Assembly (NCBI GenBank): GCA_050251945.1
Contig: JBFWLW010000003.1
Location: 96,001-160,000 of the forward strand
Direction: 5' to 3'
Source of the DNA: Deferribacterales bacterium
Lineage (GTDB): Bacteria > Chrysiogenota > Deferribacteres > Deferribacterales > Geovibrionaceae
Length of the DNA: 64,000 nucleotides
In this document: in pieces, positions 47,599-57,724 of the stretch
Numbering within the stretch: the stretch's first letter is position 1
Layout: the number at the start of each line of letters is the position of its first letter
Program-made: the position numbers and the translations under genes
The notes under the pieces: model-generated
Seen by the model: only the letters and a program-made list of their open reading frames with translations
Databases searched by the model: none
What the model was told of the DNA's origin: nothing

Positions 47599-47955
47599 AT
47601 GAATGTACTTATTGTAGACGACAACTCTCTTCATCTGAAGATGTGCAAAATACTATTGGAAAAACTGAAACATAAGGTTGATACTGCGGAATCCGTGAAC
47701 GTGCTTAAAAAACTGCTTCCCACTATGCAGCAGCCGGACGTTGCGCTTGTGGATTTCAGACTGGAACCGGGCATAACAGGCGTTGATATCCTGAATATGC
47801 TTAAAATTGAGAATAAGTGGACAAAAACAAAATACATCGCTCTCACGGCGGACGTTGCCGAAAAGAGCAATCTCGGCGGAGCCGGGTTTGACGGCATTAT
47901 ATTTAAGCCCGTCACAGAAACCCTCCTCGCAGAAACATTAAGGGCATATGAATAG
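47599..47955 (+). CDS. Single-domain response regulator
   Basis: VDD, LVDF, ALTA, FKP. Confidence 0.85.
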   Translation: MNVLIVDDNSLHLKMCKILLEKLKHKVDTAESVNVLKKLLPTMQQPDVALVDFRLEPGITGVDILNMLKIENKWTKTKYIALTADVAEKSNLGGAGFDGIIFKPVTETLLAETLRAYE

Positions 47956-49420
47956 CGCATACGACAGACTTAAAAACGAAATTGACGAGTGCTTTTTACA
48001 AATCGTAGGAATAATTAACGAGATAATCAAGCACCGCAGTGAAAGCTTCGGGGCTATGCTGAGCGTCGGAGAGAAGATACAGAGCGACTCAAACAGCTTT
48101 GTGGGCAACACGGACGAGATAGTCCGCCACATCTCTGACAACATCAACAAAAAAATTGAAAACCTTAACATGGAGAAGATGCGCGGTGAACTGAATGACG
48201 CTACAGATACATTTCTCTCCATAACGGAGGAGCTTGAGCTTCTGTCATACAACACCATATGCCGGACAATGGCTCTGGGCGACAAAGGCTCAACCATCAC
48301 TCACATCAGCAAGGAAATAAAAAAATATTCCACGACGGTGAAAACCCTTCTGGATGAGATAACCAAAGAATTTGCCGCTGTGTACGAACAGTTCAGGTAC
48401 ATAGCCGAAAACATAATCAACAGCGATATAAACAGCAGTGCGGAATTCCTGAAACTGGACGACACAGACACTATAGTCATAACGTCGGACGTATCGGAGC
48501 TTATTGAGAACTCGCAATTCCACGACATCTTTTCGCAGGAACTTGAGATAATCAAAGACGCCATGGGGCAAAACGGCTTTAACGGAGCTTACGAAGCCGG
48601 AACTGTATTCGGTGTTTACGAAAAGGCACTGGCAAAGCTGGATTTCATCAAAAGCGAACTGCAAAACAAACTTTACAATATAAAAGAAGTAATGAAGGAT
48701 TTCCTTTACTCCTTTAATACTGACCTGCAGAACATCGTCGGCAAAACAAATATCCTGCGCGAGGAACTGATGCGTGTGCATGAGGTTTCAAGCACCATAT
48801 GCGGAACCATAAACGACCTGCAGCAAAAAACAACCCAGTCGCAAGCAGTTATCAATCAGGCGACGATGCGTGTCAACGGGCTTGGAAAACAATCAAAAAC
48901 ATTCAAAAACCTTGTGGTTGTCACAGCCATAGAAGTTGCAAGAATAAACGACGAAGACCTGAGAAGCGTCGTTTCGTCCATGTTAAGCACGGAGCAGGAA
49001 CTCCAGAGACTGATAGCAAAACTGCACTCAAACATAACCCTCTGGCAGAATCTTCAAACTGATTTCAGCTCAACCTTTAAAGAGGCGGGAACTCATTTGA
49101 GACACATCTGCAGTTCCAACACTTCAACCGAAAGAGACCATATGCTTAAAAACACATACGACCTTGAAAACCAGCTCACAAATTTCCGCAGTATATTCAC
49201 CGGGGACAAATACATGAGCTTTTTCGACACCAACACCGAAAAACTCGTTGAACTGTTCGGAGAATTTATTGACAACGTTCAGGAAGAATTTGAAAAATTC
49301 AACAATAAACTCACCAATGAAATACTTGCCGACGAAGACTTCACCAGAGGCAGAAACGATTCTGAACTGAAAGACATACTGGCATCTGAAAACGATCAGT
49401 CCAGTATAGAGTTCTTTTAG
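47948..49420 (+). CDS. Soluble coiled-coil protein, degenerate chemoreceptor-like
   Basis: ELELLSYNT...GDKG..I..ISKEIK and TAIEVAR resemble MCP tips; ends SSIEFF. Confidence 0.65.
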   Translation: MNSAYDRLKNEIDECFLQIVGIINEIIKHRSESFGAMLSVGEKIQSDSNSFVGNTDEIVRHISDNINKKIENLNMEKMRGELNDATDTFLSITEELELLSYNTICRTMALGDKGSTITHISKEIKKYSTTVKTLLDEITKEFAAVYEQFRYIAENIINSDINSSAEFLKLDDTDTIVITSDVSELIENSQFHDIFSQELEIIKDAMGQNGFNGAYEAGTVFGVYEKALAKLDFIKSELQNKLYNIKEVMKDFLYSFNTDLQNIVGKTNILREELMRVHEVSSTICGTINDLQQKTTQSQAVINQATMRVNGLGKQSKTFKNLVVVTAIEVARINDEDLRSVVSSMLSTEQELQRLIAKLHSNITLWQNLQTDFSSTFKEAGTHLRHICSSNTSTERDHMLKNTYDLENQLTNFRSIFTGDKYMSFFDTNTEKLVELFGEFIDNVQEEFEKFNNKLTNEILADEDFTRGRNDSELKDILASENDQSSIEFF

Positions 49421-49428
49421 GCATCACC

Positions 49429-50109
49429 ATGAAACTGCTGATAGCCGACGACGACAAACTCAACCGGATACTGCTTTCAAAACTCATGCAGAAGATGGGC
49501 GCTGAATGTTTTCCGGCGGAAAACGGACAGCAGGCTCTGGATATGGTTTTGGCGGAAAATTTCGACGCTGTCCTTCTGGACATAAACATGCCCCTTATGC
49601 AGGGACCCGAGTGCGCTGAAAAGATAAGAACCGCAAAGGAAAATTACAGCGAACTGCCGGTGCTGGTGTGCATCTCCGCTGATGATGAATTTTCCGACGA
49701 TCCCCTTTTCGATTTCGCCCTTTTTAAGCCCTTCATGAGCGAAGATATACAGAATTTTCTGAATGCATTGGCAGAATGTAAAAAAGAGATAAACTATGAT
49801 CTTGACGGGGTGTCCGAAAAAATAGGGCTGGACAGCGAAACTATGCTCATGCTTATGGAAGAGTTTATATCCGTTATGGACGAAGAATACCAGAACCTCA
49901 GAAATGCTATTTACAGCAAAGACAAAGAGATGATCACCCATGTCGCCCACAAGATGAAAGGCGCATCGGCGGGAATGATGGTCACGGGACTTCAGGAGCT
50001 TTGCGCCGGTATGCAGAACGCGGATAAATCTGATATAAACAATATTAAACTGCTCCTTATCAGAATTCACTGCTGTTACAGTAAATTTCGGGCATTATTC
50101 ACACGCTGA
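49429..50109 (+). CDS. Response regulator with C-terminal Hpt domain
   Basis: LLDINMP receiver; AHKMKGAS Hpt. Confidence 0.88.
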   Translation: MKLLIADDDKLNRILLSKLMQKMGAECFPAENGQQALDMVLAENFDAVLLDINMPLMQGPECAEKIRTAKENYSELPVLVCISADDEFSDDPLFDFALFKPFMSEDIQNFLNALAECKKEINYDLDGVSEKIGLDSETMLMLMEEFISVMDEEYQNLRNAIYSKDKEMITHVAHKMKGASAGMMVTGLQELCAGMQNADKSDINNIKLLLIRIHCCYSKFRALFTR

Positions 50110-50160
50110 CAGGCTTGCGCCTGCCTCCCCTTTCTGTTAAATTATATTTAGGTAAATATC

Positions 50161-53061
50161 ATGATAAATACGGACGTATGCATCGGAGACCTCTTAAACA
50201 ACGGCAGTATCGTTTTTTTCAGGCTCAAACCTGAACCCGGGTACCCCTTTGTCTGGATATCCCCTAATTCTTTAAAGGTCATAGGATACGGCAGCCCGGA
50301 TGTTGATAGGGGACTTGCCTTCACCGACATAGTGTTCCGCGAAGACCGTTTCGCAGTGCTTTCCGCACTTGAGGACAGCGCTCAATGCGGACGCGACTCA
50401 ACCTTTGAATCCGGTTTCAAAGCGGTCTGCGGTTCTGGCAAAACCATTAACGTACGTGCATTCTTCAGCATCAAGAACAGTAACGGCGAAACCTGCGTCA
50501 GCGGCTATATGTCAGACACATCCGGCAGTTCCGAAATTTCCGCCCGCCTTGAGACAATACTTTCAACTATGCCCGGCGGCATGATAGAGATGGACACGGA
50601 GTGCAGGATAATCTCTGCGAACAAGGCCATTTACGAAATATACGGTTACAGCTCCGAAGAGCTTAAAGGCAAAAGCCTGTCCATACTCATGGACGAACAC
50701 AGCGGAAGCTACGTTGTGGACAATTTCCGTATGGCGGCAATAAACGAGGCTCTGCCCACACGTTTCACTCATAAACATCTTAAAAAGAACGGTGAGGCGG
50801 TTTATGTTGAGCTGGCTTGGGACTACATCCGCGACAGCAAACACCGCATAAAAGGCTTTATCTGCTCTATAACCGACGTCACCGATAAGAAACTTTCCCA
50901 CGATGCAATGGTGAAACAGCTCAAATTTCTTCATCATATTCTGGAATCCATTTCCAACCCCTTCTTTGTGGTTGACACGGACACTATGGATGTTGTCATT
51001 TCAAACAGCGCGGCGGGAGGCACAACAGGCGTAAAATGCTATGACCTGCCCCATGGGAAGGGCAAAGCCTGCTTTCTGGATTCGCTTGAATGTCCTCTGG
51101 AAACCGTTAAAACCACCCGTCAGCCCTGCGTGCGCGAACAGATTCATACGGAAGGCGACGGTTCAAAGACATATTACGAGATACACGGGCAGCCCGTTTT
51201 CAACGAAAAGGGGCAGGTTGTCCAGATGATAGAATACGCACTGGACATCACAGACAGAAAGAGGACGGAAAGCGAACTTGAGAAATACAGAAACCATCTC
51301 GAAACGCTGGTAAAAAAGCGCACGGATGAGCTGAACAAGGCGAACCGGCAGCTTATGGAAGAGATTGACGAGCGGATAGAGAAGGAGCGCCAGCTTGTCC
51401 TTGCCGCAAACGTTATAGAGAACACCATAGAGGGCATCACCATCACCGACTGTTTCGGCACCATAATGCAGGTGAACCCCGCCTTCACTGAGATAACAGG
51501 CTACACGGCGGACGAGGTTATCGGCAAGACGCCGCGCATACTGAAATCCGAAAAGCACGACGGACAGTTCTACCACCGCATGTGGGACAGCCTTATAAAA
51601 AAAGGCAACTGGTCAGGGGAGATATGGAACAGGCGCAAAAACGGCGACGCATACCCCGAATGGCTCTCTATTAACGCCATACGCGACGAGCTGAACAACA
51701 TAACCCACTTTGTTGCTGTGTTCCACGACATATCGGAAGTTAAGCAGGGCGAGGAGAAACTGAAATATCAGGCGAACCACGACACACTGACGGGACTTCC
51801 GAACAGACAGCTTTTCAACGACCGCCTTGAAATGGCGATAGCATACGCGAAACGTCACAGCCAGAAGATCGCGGTTATCTTTATCGACCTCGACAACTTC
51901 AAAAACGTTAACGATACACTCGGTCATTACGTCGGAGACATTCTCCTGCAGAAAGTGGCGGAGATACTGAAAAGCTGTGTCCGCACGGAAGATACGGTTG
52001 CGCGTCTGGGCGGCGACGAGTTCATGCTTATCCTTCAGGACATTCTGTCCGAATCAAACGCAGTTGACACCTCAAGACGAATACTGTCGGAGTTCTCAAA
52101 ACCCATAAGCATCAGCGGCAACGAATTCTTTATAAACGCCAGCCTCGGTATAACCATCTATCCTAACGACGGGGAGGACGTTCTTACCATGGTGAAGAAC
52201 GCAGACCTCGCTATGTACCGTGTCAAAGAAACTGGCAAGAACGGTTATCAGCTATTCACAAAAAACATGAACGAAAAGGTGCTGTCCCGCGTGAACATGG
52301 AAAAAGAACTGCGAAAGGCTGTGGCGGCGAACGATTTCGATGTGGTATACCAGCCGAAGGTGAGCCTTATAACCGGAACCATTACGGGCGCAGAGGCTCT
52401 CATCCGCTGGAACAGAGACGGAGTGCTTATTCCGCCGTCGGAGTTCATTCCGGTTGCGGAAGAGACCGGACACATAATCTCAATAGGCAGAACCGTGCTG
52501 GCAAAAGCCTGCGAAGATGCCGTTCAATGGCATAATATGGGATTTTCCGATATAGACATTGCCGTAAACCTGTCCGCAAGACAGTTCCGCGACGAAAACC
52601 TCATCAACACAGTATGCTCAATTGTTAAGTCCACCGGGATAAAACCGGACCTTCTGGGGCTTGAGATAACCGAAAACACTATGATGGAGGATATCCAGAC
52701 AACGATAATCGCCCTCGCGCATCTCGTTCAGCAGGGGATAAAGATATCAATCGACGACTTCGGAACGGGATATTCATCACTCAGCTATCTGAAACTGTTT
52801 CCCATAAATATTCTCAAGGTCGACAGGCAATTCATCAAGGACATCCCCGATGACCCCGACGACATTGCCATCTCAACAGCGATAATTAATCTGGCAAAAG
52901 GTCTCAACCTGCAGGTCATTGCCGAGGGTGTGGAAACTCAGGCACAGCTTGATTTCTGCCGCGAGCGCGGATGCGACGGCATACAGGGATATTATTTCAG
53001 CAAACCCCTTTCGTACGAAGAATTCATCGAACTGCTCAAGAGCGGTAAAACACTGATTTAG
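50161..53061 (+). CDS. Multi-PAS GGDEF-EAL protein
   Basis: Four PAS-like segments; RTED I-site; GGDEF; EALIRW; DDFGTGYSSL. Confidence 0.95.
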   Translation: MINTDVCIGDLLNNGSIVFFRLKPEPGYPFVWISPNSLKVIGYGSPDVDRGLAFTDIVFREDRFAVLSALEDSAQCGRDSTFESGFKAVCGSGKTINVRAFFSIKNSNGETCVSGYMSDTSGSSEISARLETILSTMPGGMIEMDTECRIISANKAIYEIYGYSSEELKGKSLSILMDEHSGSYVVDNFRMAAINEALPTRFTHKHLKKNGEAVYVELAWDYIRDSKHRIKGFICSITDVTDKKLSHDAMVKQLKFLHHILESISNPFFVVDTDTMDVVISNSAAGGTTGVKCYDLPHGKGKACFLDSLECPLETVKTTRQPCVREQIHTEGDGSKTYYEIHGQPVFNEKGQVVQMIEYALDITDRKRTESELEKYRNHLETLVKKRTDELNKANRQLMEEIDERIEKERQLVLAANVIENTIEGITITDCFGTIMQVNPAFTEITGYTADEVIGKTPRILKSEKHDGQFYHRMWDSLIKKGNWSGEIWNRRKNGDAYPEWLSINAIRDELNNITHFVAVFHDISEVKQGEEKLKYQANHDTLTGLPNRQLFNDRLEMAIAYAKRHSQKIAVIFIDLDNFKNVNDTLGHYVGDILLQKVAEILKSCVRTEDTVARLGGDEFMLILQDILSESNAVDTSRRILSEFSKPISISGNEFFINASLGITIYPNDGEDVLTMVKNADLAMYRVKETGKNGYQLFTKNMNEKVLSRVNMEKELRKAVAANDFDVVYQPKVSLITGTITGAEALIRWNRDGVLIPPSEFIPVAEETGHIISIGRTVLAKACEDAVQWHNMGFSDIDIAVNLSARQFRDENLINTVCSIVKSTGIKPDLLGLEITENTMMEDIQTTIIALAHLVQQGIKISIDDFGTGYSSLSYLKLFPINILKVDRQFIKDIPDDPDDIAISTAIINLAKGLNLQVIAEGVETQAQLDFCRERGCDGIQGYYFSKPLSYEEFIELLKSGKTLI

Positions 53062-54193
53062 CCGCAGAATAAACTTCTGCCGCAGGCATATTCAGCTTTT
53101 CGCCCGCCGCTACGCAATCGTCCCATTCTGGGCTGTATTTTACTATATCTTTATACTCAAGCACTTTGATATGCACCTTTTCACCGCGGATATCAACGCT
53201 CTCCATCCGCCTGTCCATGATTATGCGGTCAACTGGATAGTGTCGAAGACCAGCTGTGGAAGTGTCCGCAAAAATCACCTGAGCTACGGACTCAAGATTC
53301 TCTTTTTCACAAAGTACGTTCAGCAGAAAAACAGGTCTGTTCTTTTTGCCTATGGACTGGGTAAGCATGACATCCAGAGCGAGGGATTTCAGCCGCGCAA
53401 AAAGATGTCCCATCATCTCGCCCGTGCAGTCGTCTATGGAGGTTTCAGCCATCACAAGCCCGCCCTGCACAGCGCCTTCAATAAGTATGCCGCGAAGCAT
53501 GTTCGGCACTGTCTTAAAGGTCTTTGTGCCAGTGGAAAACGCGGTTTTTATAATCTTTCCCGACAGACCGCCGTATCTTTTCACATAATATTTCAAAATC
53601 GCCGCGCCCGTGGGCGTGGTCATCTCGGTCTGCTCGGAAGAGGGAGCTATCTCCACACCCTCAAGTATCTTCAGCACCGCCGGAGCAGGCACGGGCATTA
53701 TACCGTGCGCCATCTTCACCATTCCGCTGCCCAGAACAGGCAGAGAGGAGGTTATCTCCGTTATGCCAAGCTGCTCAACTCCGTATGCGAATACGGCTAT
53801 GTCGAATATCGAATCCAGCGCACCGACCTCGTGAAAATGCACGTCTTCCGGTGATTTGCCGTGGACTGCACCCTCCGCGCCGGCAATTATCTGAAATATG
53901 CCTATAGCATCCCTTTTCACCTGTTCGGAAAAAGCGGAACGCTCCAGCATTTCGCGGATATCCTTCATGGTTCTGTGGGCGTGCTCGTGAGGCAGGTCAA
54001 GACAAAGCCGTCCACAGACGACACCGGAAACGTCGGCGCTCTCCATGGAAGCCTTTATTTCGACTCCGACCATATCCGAAACGAGTTCCGCCGCCGCGGC
54101 AACATCAAGCCCCAGCCCGCAGAGAACCCCAACGGACATATCGCCCGATATGCCTGAAACTATATCAAAGTGAAGCGTAGTATTTGCAGACAT
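53036..54193 (-). CDS. larC: Nickel-pincer cofactor biosynthesis protein LarC
   Basis: SGISGDM, HEHAHR, VHFHEVGALDSI, HG.MPVPAPA, TPTGAAI. Confidence 0.9.
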   Translation of the reverse strand: MSANTTLHFDIVSGISGDMSVGVLCGLGLDVAAAAELVSDMVGVEIKASMESADVSGVVCGRLCLDLPHEHAHRTMKDIREMLERSAFSEQVKRDAIGIFQIIAGAEGAVHGKSPEDVHFHEVGALDSIFDIAVFAYGVEQLGITEITSSLPVLGSGMVKMAHGIMPVPAPAVLKILEGVEIAPSSEQTEMTTPTGAAILKYYVKRYGGLSGKIIKTAFSTGTKTFKTVPNMLRGILIEGAVQGGLVMAETSIDDCTGEMMGHLFARLKSLALDVMLTQSIGKKNRPVFLLNVLCEKENLESVAQVIFADTSTAGLRHYPVDRIIMDRRMESVDIRGEKVHIKVLEYKDIVKYSPEWDDCVAAGEKLNMPAAEVYSAAKSVFYRS

Positions 54194-54797
54194 TATTTAC
54201 CCCGCATATGCCGCATTTCGGGTTTTTAGCCGTGCATATCTCCCGCCCGAAGCGGATGCACCTGTGTCCCCAAACGCAGTGATTTTCGCCGTCTATAAGC
54301 TTCTCAAGCTCATGCTCTATTTTAACAGGGTCTTCGGTATCCACCAGACCCAGCCTGTTTGTAATCCTCCTGACGTGTGTGTCCACAACGACACCCGCCA
54401 TGTGCCATACGTTCCCGCGCACAACGTTCGCCGTCTTTCTCCCCACGCCCGCCAAAGCGGTGAGAGCGTCCATATCGTCAGGCACCTCGCCGCCGTGGTT
54501 CTGCACCAGACTGTTAGCCATGCTGATAAGGTTTTTTGCCTTAACCTTATACATACCTGCGCTCTTTATGATTTGCTCAATGTCTTCTAACTTAGCAGAA
54601 GCCAGCGCAAAAGCGTCCGGATATTTCTTAAACAGAGCAGGTGTGATCCCGTTCACCCGCTTATCTGTGCATTGCGCGGAAAGCGCGGTAGCGCAAACGA
54701 GCTGAAACGGATTTTCATAATTCAGCGAGCAGGTGGCGTCCGCCCAGTTTTCAGCTAAAAAATTTTCAAAAATCCTTGAAAGTTCTTTTTTGTCCAT
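54165..54797 (-). CDS. nth: Endonuclease III
   Basis: LSAQCTDKRVN, HhH LAGVGRKTA, VDTHV, C-terminal 4Fe-4S cysteines. Confidence 0.95.
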   Translation of the reverse strand: MDKKELSRIFENFLAENWADATCSLNYENPFQLVCATALSAQCTDKRVNGITPALFKKYPDAFALASAKLEDIEQIIKSAGMYKVKAKNLISMANSLVQNHGGEVPDDMDALTALAGVGRKTANVVRGNVWHMAGVVVDTHVRRITNRLGLVDTEDPVKIEHELEKLIDGENHCVWGHRCIRFGREICTAKNPKCGICGVNNVCKYYASL

Positions 54798-54813
54798 ATT
54801 TATCCGATCGAAT

Positions 54814-54886
54814 GAGATTGCTTCGCTGCACTCGCAAAGACAAACGATACCCGTCTTCGCGAGGAGCGCGGCGACGACGCGATCCC
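54814..54886. repeat. REP/REPIN-like inverted pair (family 1)
   Basis: GAGATTGCTTCG...CGCAAAGAC, spacer, GTCTTCGCGAGGAGC...GCGATCCC. Confidence 0.78.
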
Positions 54887-54964
54887 GTCTTTACTCAATA
54901 CATTTTATTTATAATTTATTTTTTTCCGTTTGCCCAGACGCAGTTTTTTGGTGTAGTATTGCCG

Positions 54965-55720
54965 ATGGATTTTGAACTGCTTAAATATCTGATACTTCCG
55001 GCATTCGGCTTCTTCGCCGGGTTCATCAACACTATGGCAGGCGGCGGGTCTTTTCTTACGACACCTCTGCTCATTTTCACCGGACTTGACCCGACGGTGG
55101 CAAACGCCACCAACAGGCTCGGCATCTGGATTCAATCCGTTTTCGGTTTCAACAAATTCCGCACCATGGGTTATTTCCCCGTCCGCATGGGCAAAGTATC
55201 CATTCTGCCCTCCGTTCTGGGAGCGCTTATGGGGTCTTATCTTGCGACCATTGTAGCGGAGGACGCATTCCGTAAATATCTGGCGTTTTTCATGGTGATC
55301 ATGACACTTGTCACCTTTTTCAGACCGAAATCATCAAAAGTCACCGAAGACCTCGAAAAGGGCTTAAAAAATACAGTCGTCTGTTCTCTGGTGTTCTTTG
55401 TCATGGGAATATACAGCGGCTTCATTCAGGCGGGAGTGGGTTTTCTGGTACTTGCGTACTGTGTTATGAACGGCATGGACTACATCCGCGGCAACGCCAT
55501 AAAGATGTTCATGAACCTGTCCACGGCAACGCTTTCGATGGCCGTATTCATTTACAACGGTAAGGTCGTCTGGCTTCAGGGGATATTACTGGGACTGGGC
55601 ATGGCGGCAGGTGCCGTTCTCGCCGCAAAATTCTCTGTCAGAGCTGGGAACGTTTTCATCAAAAGATTCGTATCGGCGGCCGTTATACTTTTCGCAGTCC
55701 TTCTTCTTGTCACTGAATAA
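54965..55720 (+). CDS. TauE/SafE (TSUP)-family membrane transporter
   Basis: AGFINTMAGGGS, ANATNR, YSGFIQAGVG; the start is likely ATG 54965 because the upstream ORF extension runs through a REP. Confidence 0.88.
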   Translation: MDFELLKYLILPAFGFFAGFINTMAGGGSFLTTPLLIFTGLDPTVANATNRLGIWIQSVFGFNKFRTMGYFPVRMGKVSILPSVLGALMGSYLATIVAEDAFRKYLAFFMVIMTLVTFFRPKSSKVTEDLEKGLKNTVVCSLVFFVMGIYSGFIQAGVGFLVLAYCVMNGMDYIRGNAIKMFMNLSTATLSMAVFIYNGKVVWLQGILLGLGMAAGAVLAAKFSVRAGNVFIKRFVSAAVILFAVLLLVTE

Positions 55721-55725
55721 AACCC

Positions 55726-55796
55726 AGATCGCTTCGTCACTCCTTTCCCCGCGAAGACAAAAAACCGTCTCTGCGAGCCAAAGCCGAAGCAGTCTC
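55726..55796. repeat. REP/REPIN-like inverted pair (family 1)
   Basis: AGATCGCTTCG...CGCGAAGAC, spacer, GTCTCTGCGAGCC...GAAGCAGTCTC. Confidence 0.78.
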
Positions 55797-55815
55797 ATTC
55801 TCTTCGGTTTTCTGT

Positions 55816-56694
55816 TTACCGGGTAAAGGTCATTCTGTACTTTTTTACGAGCATATCCGGAACGTAGCTGGTCTTCGCCACGCGCAGAGCAACACTGCCC
55901 AGATCCTGTTCAAAGTTTATAAACTCGTACCTTTTCGGCAGAATTGACGCAAAATCGTTATAGATGAACTGATAAATACCTTTATATGTAGTCAGACCCT
56001 TCGCAAAGTGCATGACGTATGTGTTCTCCGTCAGTTCCTCGCCAAGAATAAACGCCGCGGGCTTCTTGTCCGCGTAGTAAATCCCGCCGCAGATGCCAAG
56101 CTCTTTGTAAAGAGTGAGCGCCTCATGGCAGGCATTGTAGTCTGTCTGGTCGCTCGGCAGGTCAGCCTGAGACTGCCATTCGTCAAGTATATAAAACGCA
56201 TCGGCGATGTTGTCATTTGTTATCAGAAACGCCGTTGCGGAATAAAGCTGTGTAAACTGTTTAAGCAGGTTGCGCTTTTTGTGGAGCTTGCGTCCGGCAT
56301 AGGTGGACATTTTTACGCTGGTATAGATATAGTCAGTGTCGCCGTCCTGATATGTCAGGTTTACGCCGTACTGTTTGAAATACTCCGCCCAGTCCTCAAA
56401 AACCGGAAAGAAGAAATCGCAGTTTTTCTGTAACTCGCGCAGGGTTTCAACAGGAACATCCCGCATGTCAGCCGCAGGCATGATGTGCGTCTTGCCGTCA
56501 TAGGTGGTACCCTGAAGAAAAGTGAACCCGTCCTTTTCAAACACATGATAATCGTGGTTGCCGCGAAAAAGATAAAGGTTCTGAAAGCTGTATTCGGATA
56601 CAGGAATATTAACTGACTTAAGCATTGGAGAAAGCGTTGGCTTGTGTTCAAGCGATATGGGAGTGCCGATCATTTCTGTCATTGAGTTTACCAT
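55816..56694 (-). CDS. DUF2156 (MprF C-terminal-like GNAT) protein
   Basis: SEYSF.NLY, DYIY, GRKLHKKRN, HFAKG, INFEQDLG..LR.AK.SY.P. Confidence 0.85.
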   Translation of the reverse strand: MVNSMTEMIGTPISLEHKPTLSPMLKSVNIPVSEYSFQNLYLFRGNHDYHVFEKDGFTFLQGTTYDGKTHIMPAADMRDVPVETLRELQKNCDFFFPVFEDWAEYFKQYGVNLTYQDGDTDYIYTSVKMSTYAGRKLHKKRNLLKQFTQLYSATAFLITNDNIADAFYILDEWQSQADLPSDQTDYNACHEALTLYKELGICGGIYYADKKPAAFILGEELTENTYVMHFAKGLTTYKGIYQFIYNDFASILPKRYEFINFEQDLGSVALRVAKTSYVPDMLVKKYRMTFTR

Positions 56695-56925
56695 CTACAT
56701 CAATTTCGTCCAAAATTAATTAAATGCAAGTATAAAAATTATTTTAGTTGTTGTACGCCCTAAATAGCGAATGACGCAATATAAAATCTCATTTATGAAA
56801 TAATTTTGCATTTCATCTTAATAAATTTTCCCTTTCAAAAATACCTGTGTTATATATAATTTAGTTTCAGGTTTTGATTAAAAGCCATTACGGCACTTTT
56901 TGTGCCTGAACGGAGCGGACTAAAC

Positions 56926-57717
56926 ATGTTTTTTGATCTTTCCATTCTGTGTGCAGTGCTTGCACTTCTGCATGTCACCCTGTTCATTTTTATGGGGTAT
57001 CAGAGGCTTGCGGCAATAACAAACATCTTCGCCGTTCTTGGTCTGGTGTTCTCATCAGCACAGTTCATCACCCTTTGGCAGACAAGGCATATGCTCCCGT
57101 TCGGGTCTGTCAGCGGACTTTTCCTTTTCCTTTCACAGGCGCTGATGCTCGTTTACATCATGATGTACATAAAATACCGCAGGCTTACACTGGGTCTCTT
57201 CATCTTCCCGCTTACGGTGCTTTTCGTTATGATAGCACGCTTCGCAGGAGGCATGCCGACAAACATAAATCCCCATGCGGCAGGTTTCTGGCTTTATATA
57301 CATTTGCCCTTCACAATAATAGGCACCGCTTTTTTCATGGTATCAACCATCGGCGGCATAATGTATTTCGTTCAGGAACGTCAGCTTAAGAACAAAAAGT
57401 TCGGGATAATCTTCCGCAGTTTTCCTCCCCTTGACACCATAGACAAGCTTATCAACACAACCCTCTACATAGGCTTCTACACCTTCACCATCGGTCTTCT
57501 TTCGGGACTTATATGGATGATGTATGCCAACGGGGTCATAAACATCTACAGCCCTAAACTTGTTTTCGCCATAATCACATGGATAATTTACAGCGGCATA
57601 ACATTTTATAAACAGATAAAAGGGATGTCTCCAAAGGACACGGCTTTGTCTACCATAGTAGGTTTTATTTCCGTACTGATAACATACGTCGGTGTGGCTT
57701 TTTTTGTAATGGGATGA
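56926..57717 (+). CDS. ccsA: Cytochrome c assembly (CcsA-like) protein
   Basis: Multi-TM; WLYIH, QERQLK, PPL..ID; upstream of hemA. Confidence 0.8.
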   Translation: MFFDLSILCAVLALLHVTLFIFMGYQRLAAITNIFAVLGLVFSSAQFITLWQTRHMLPFGSVSGLFLFLSQALMLVYIMMYIKYRRLTLGLFIFPLTVLFVMIARFAGGMPTNINPHAAGFWLYIHLPFTIIGTAFFMVSTIGGIMYFVQERQLKNKKFGIIFRSFPPLDTIDKLINTTLYIGFYTFTIGLLSGLIWMMYANGVINIYSPKLVFAIITWIIYSGITFYKQIKGMSPKDTALSTIVGFISVLITYVGVAFFVMG

Positions 57718-57724
57718 AATTAAT

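Noticed and set aside
54776..54964. N-terminal extension of the TauE ORF
   Set aside because: It overlaps the nth start and a REP pair; family-like sequence begins near ATG 54965.
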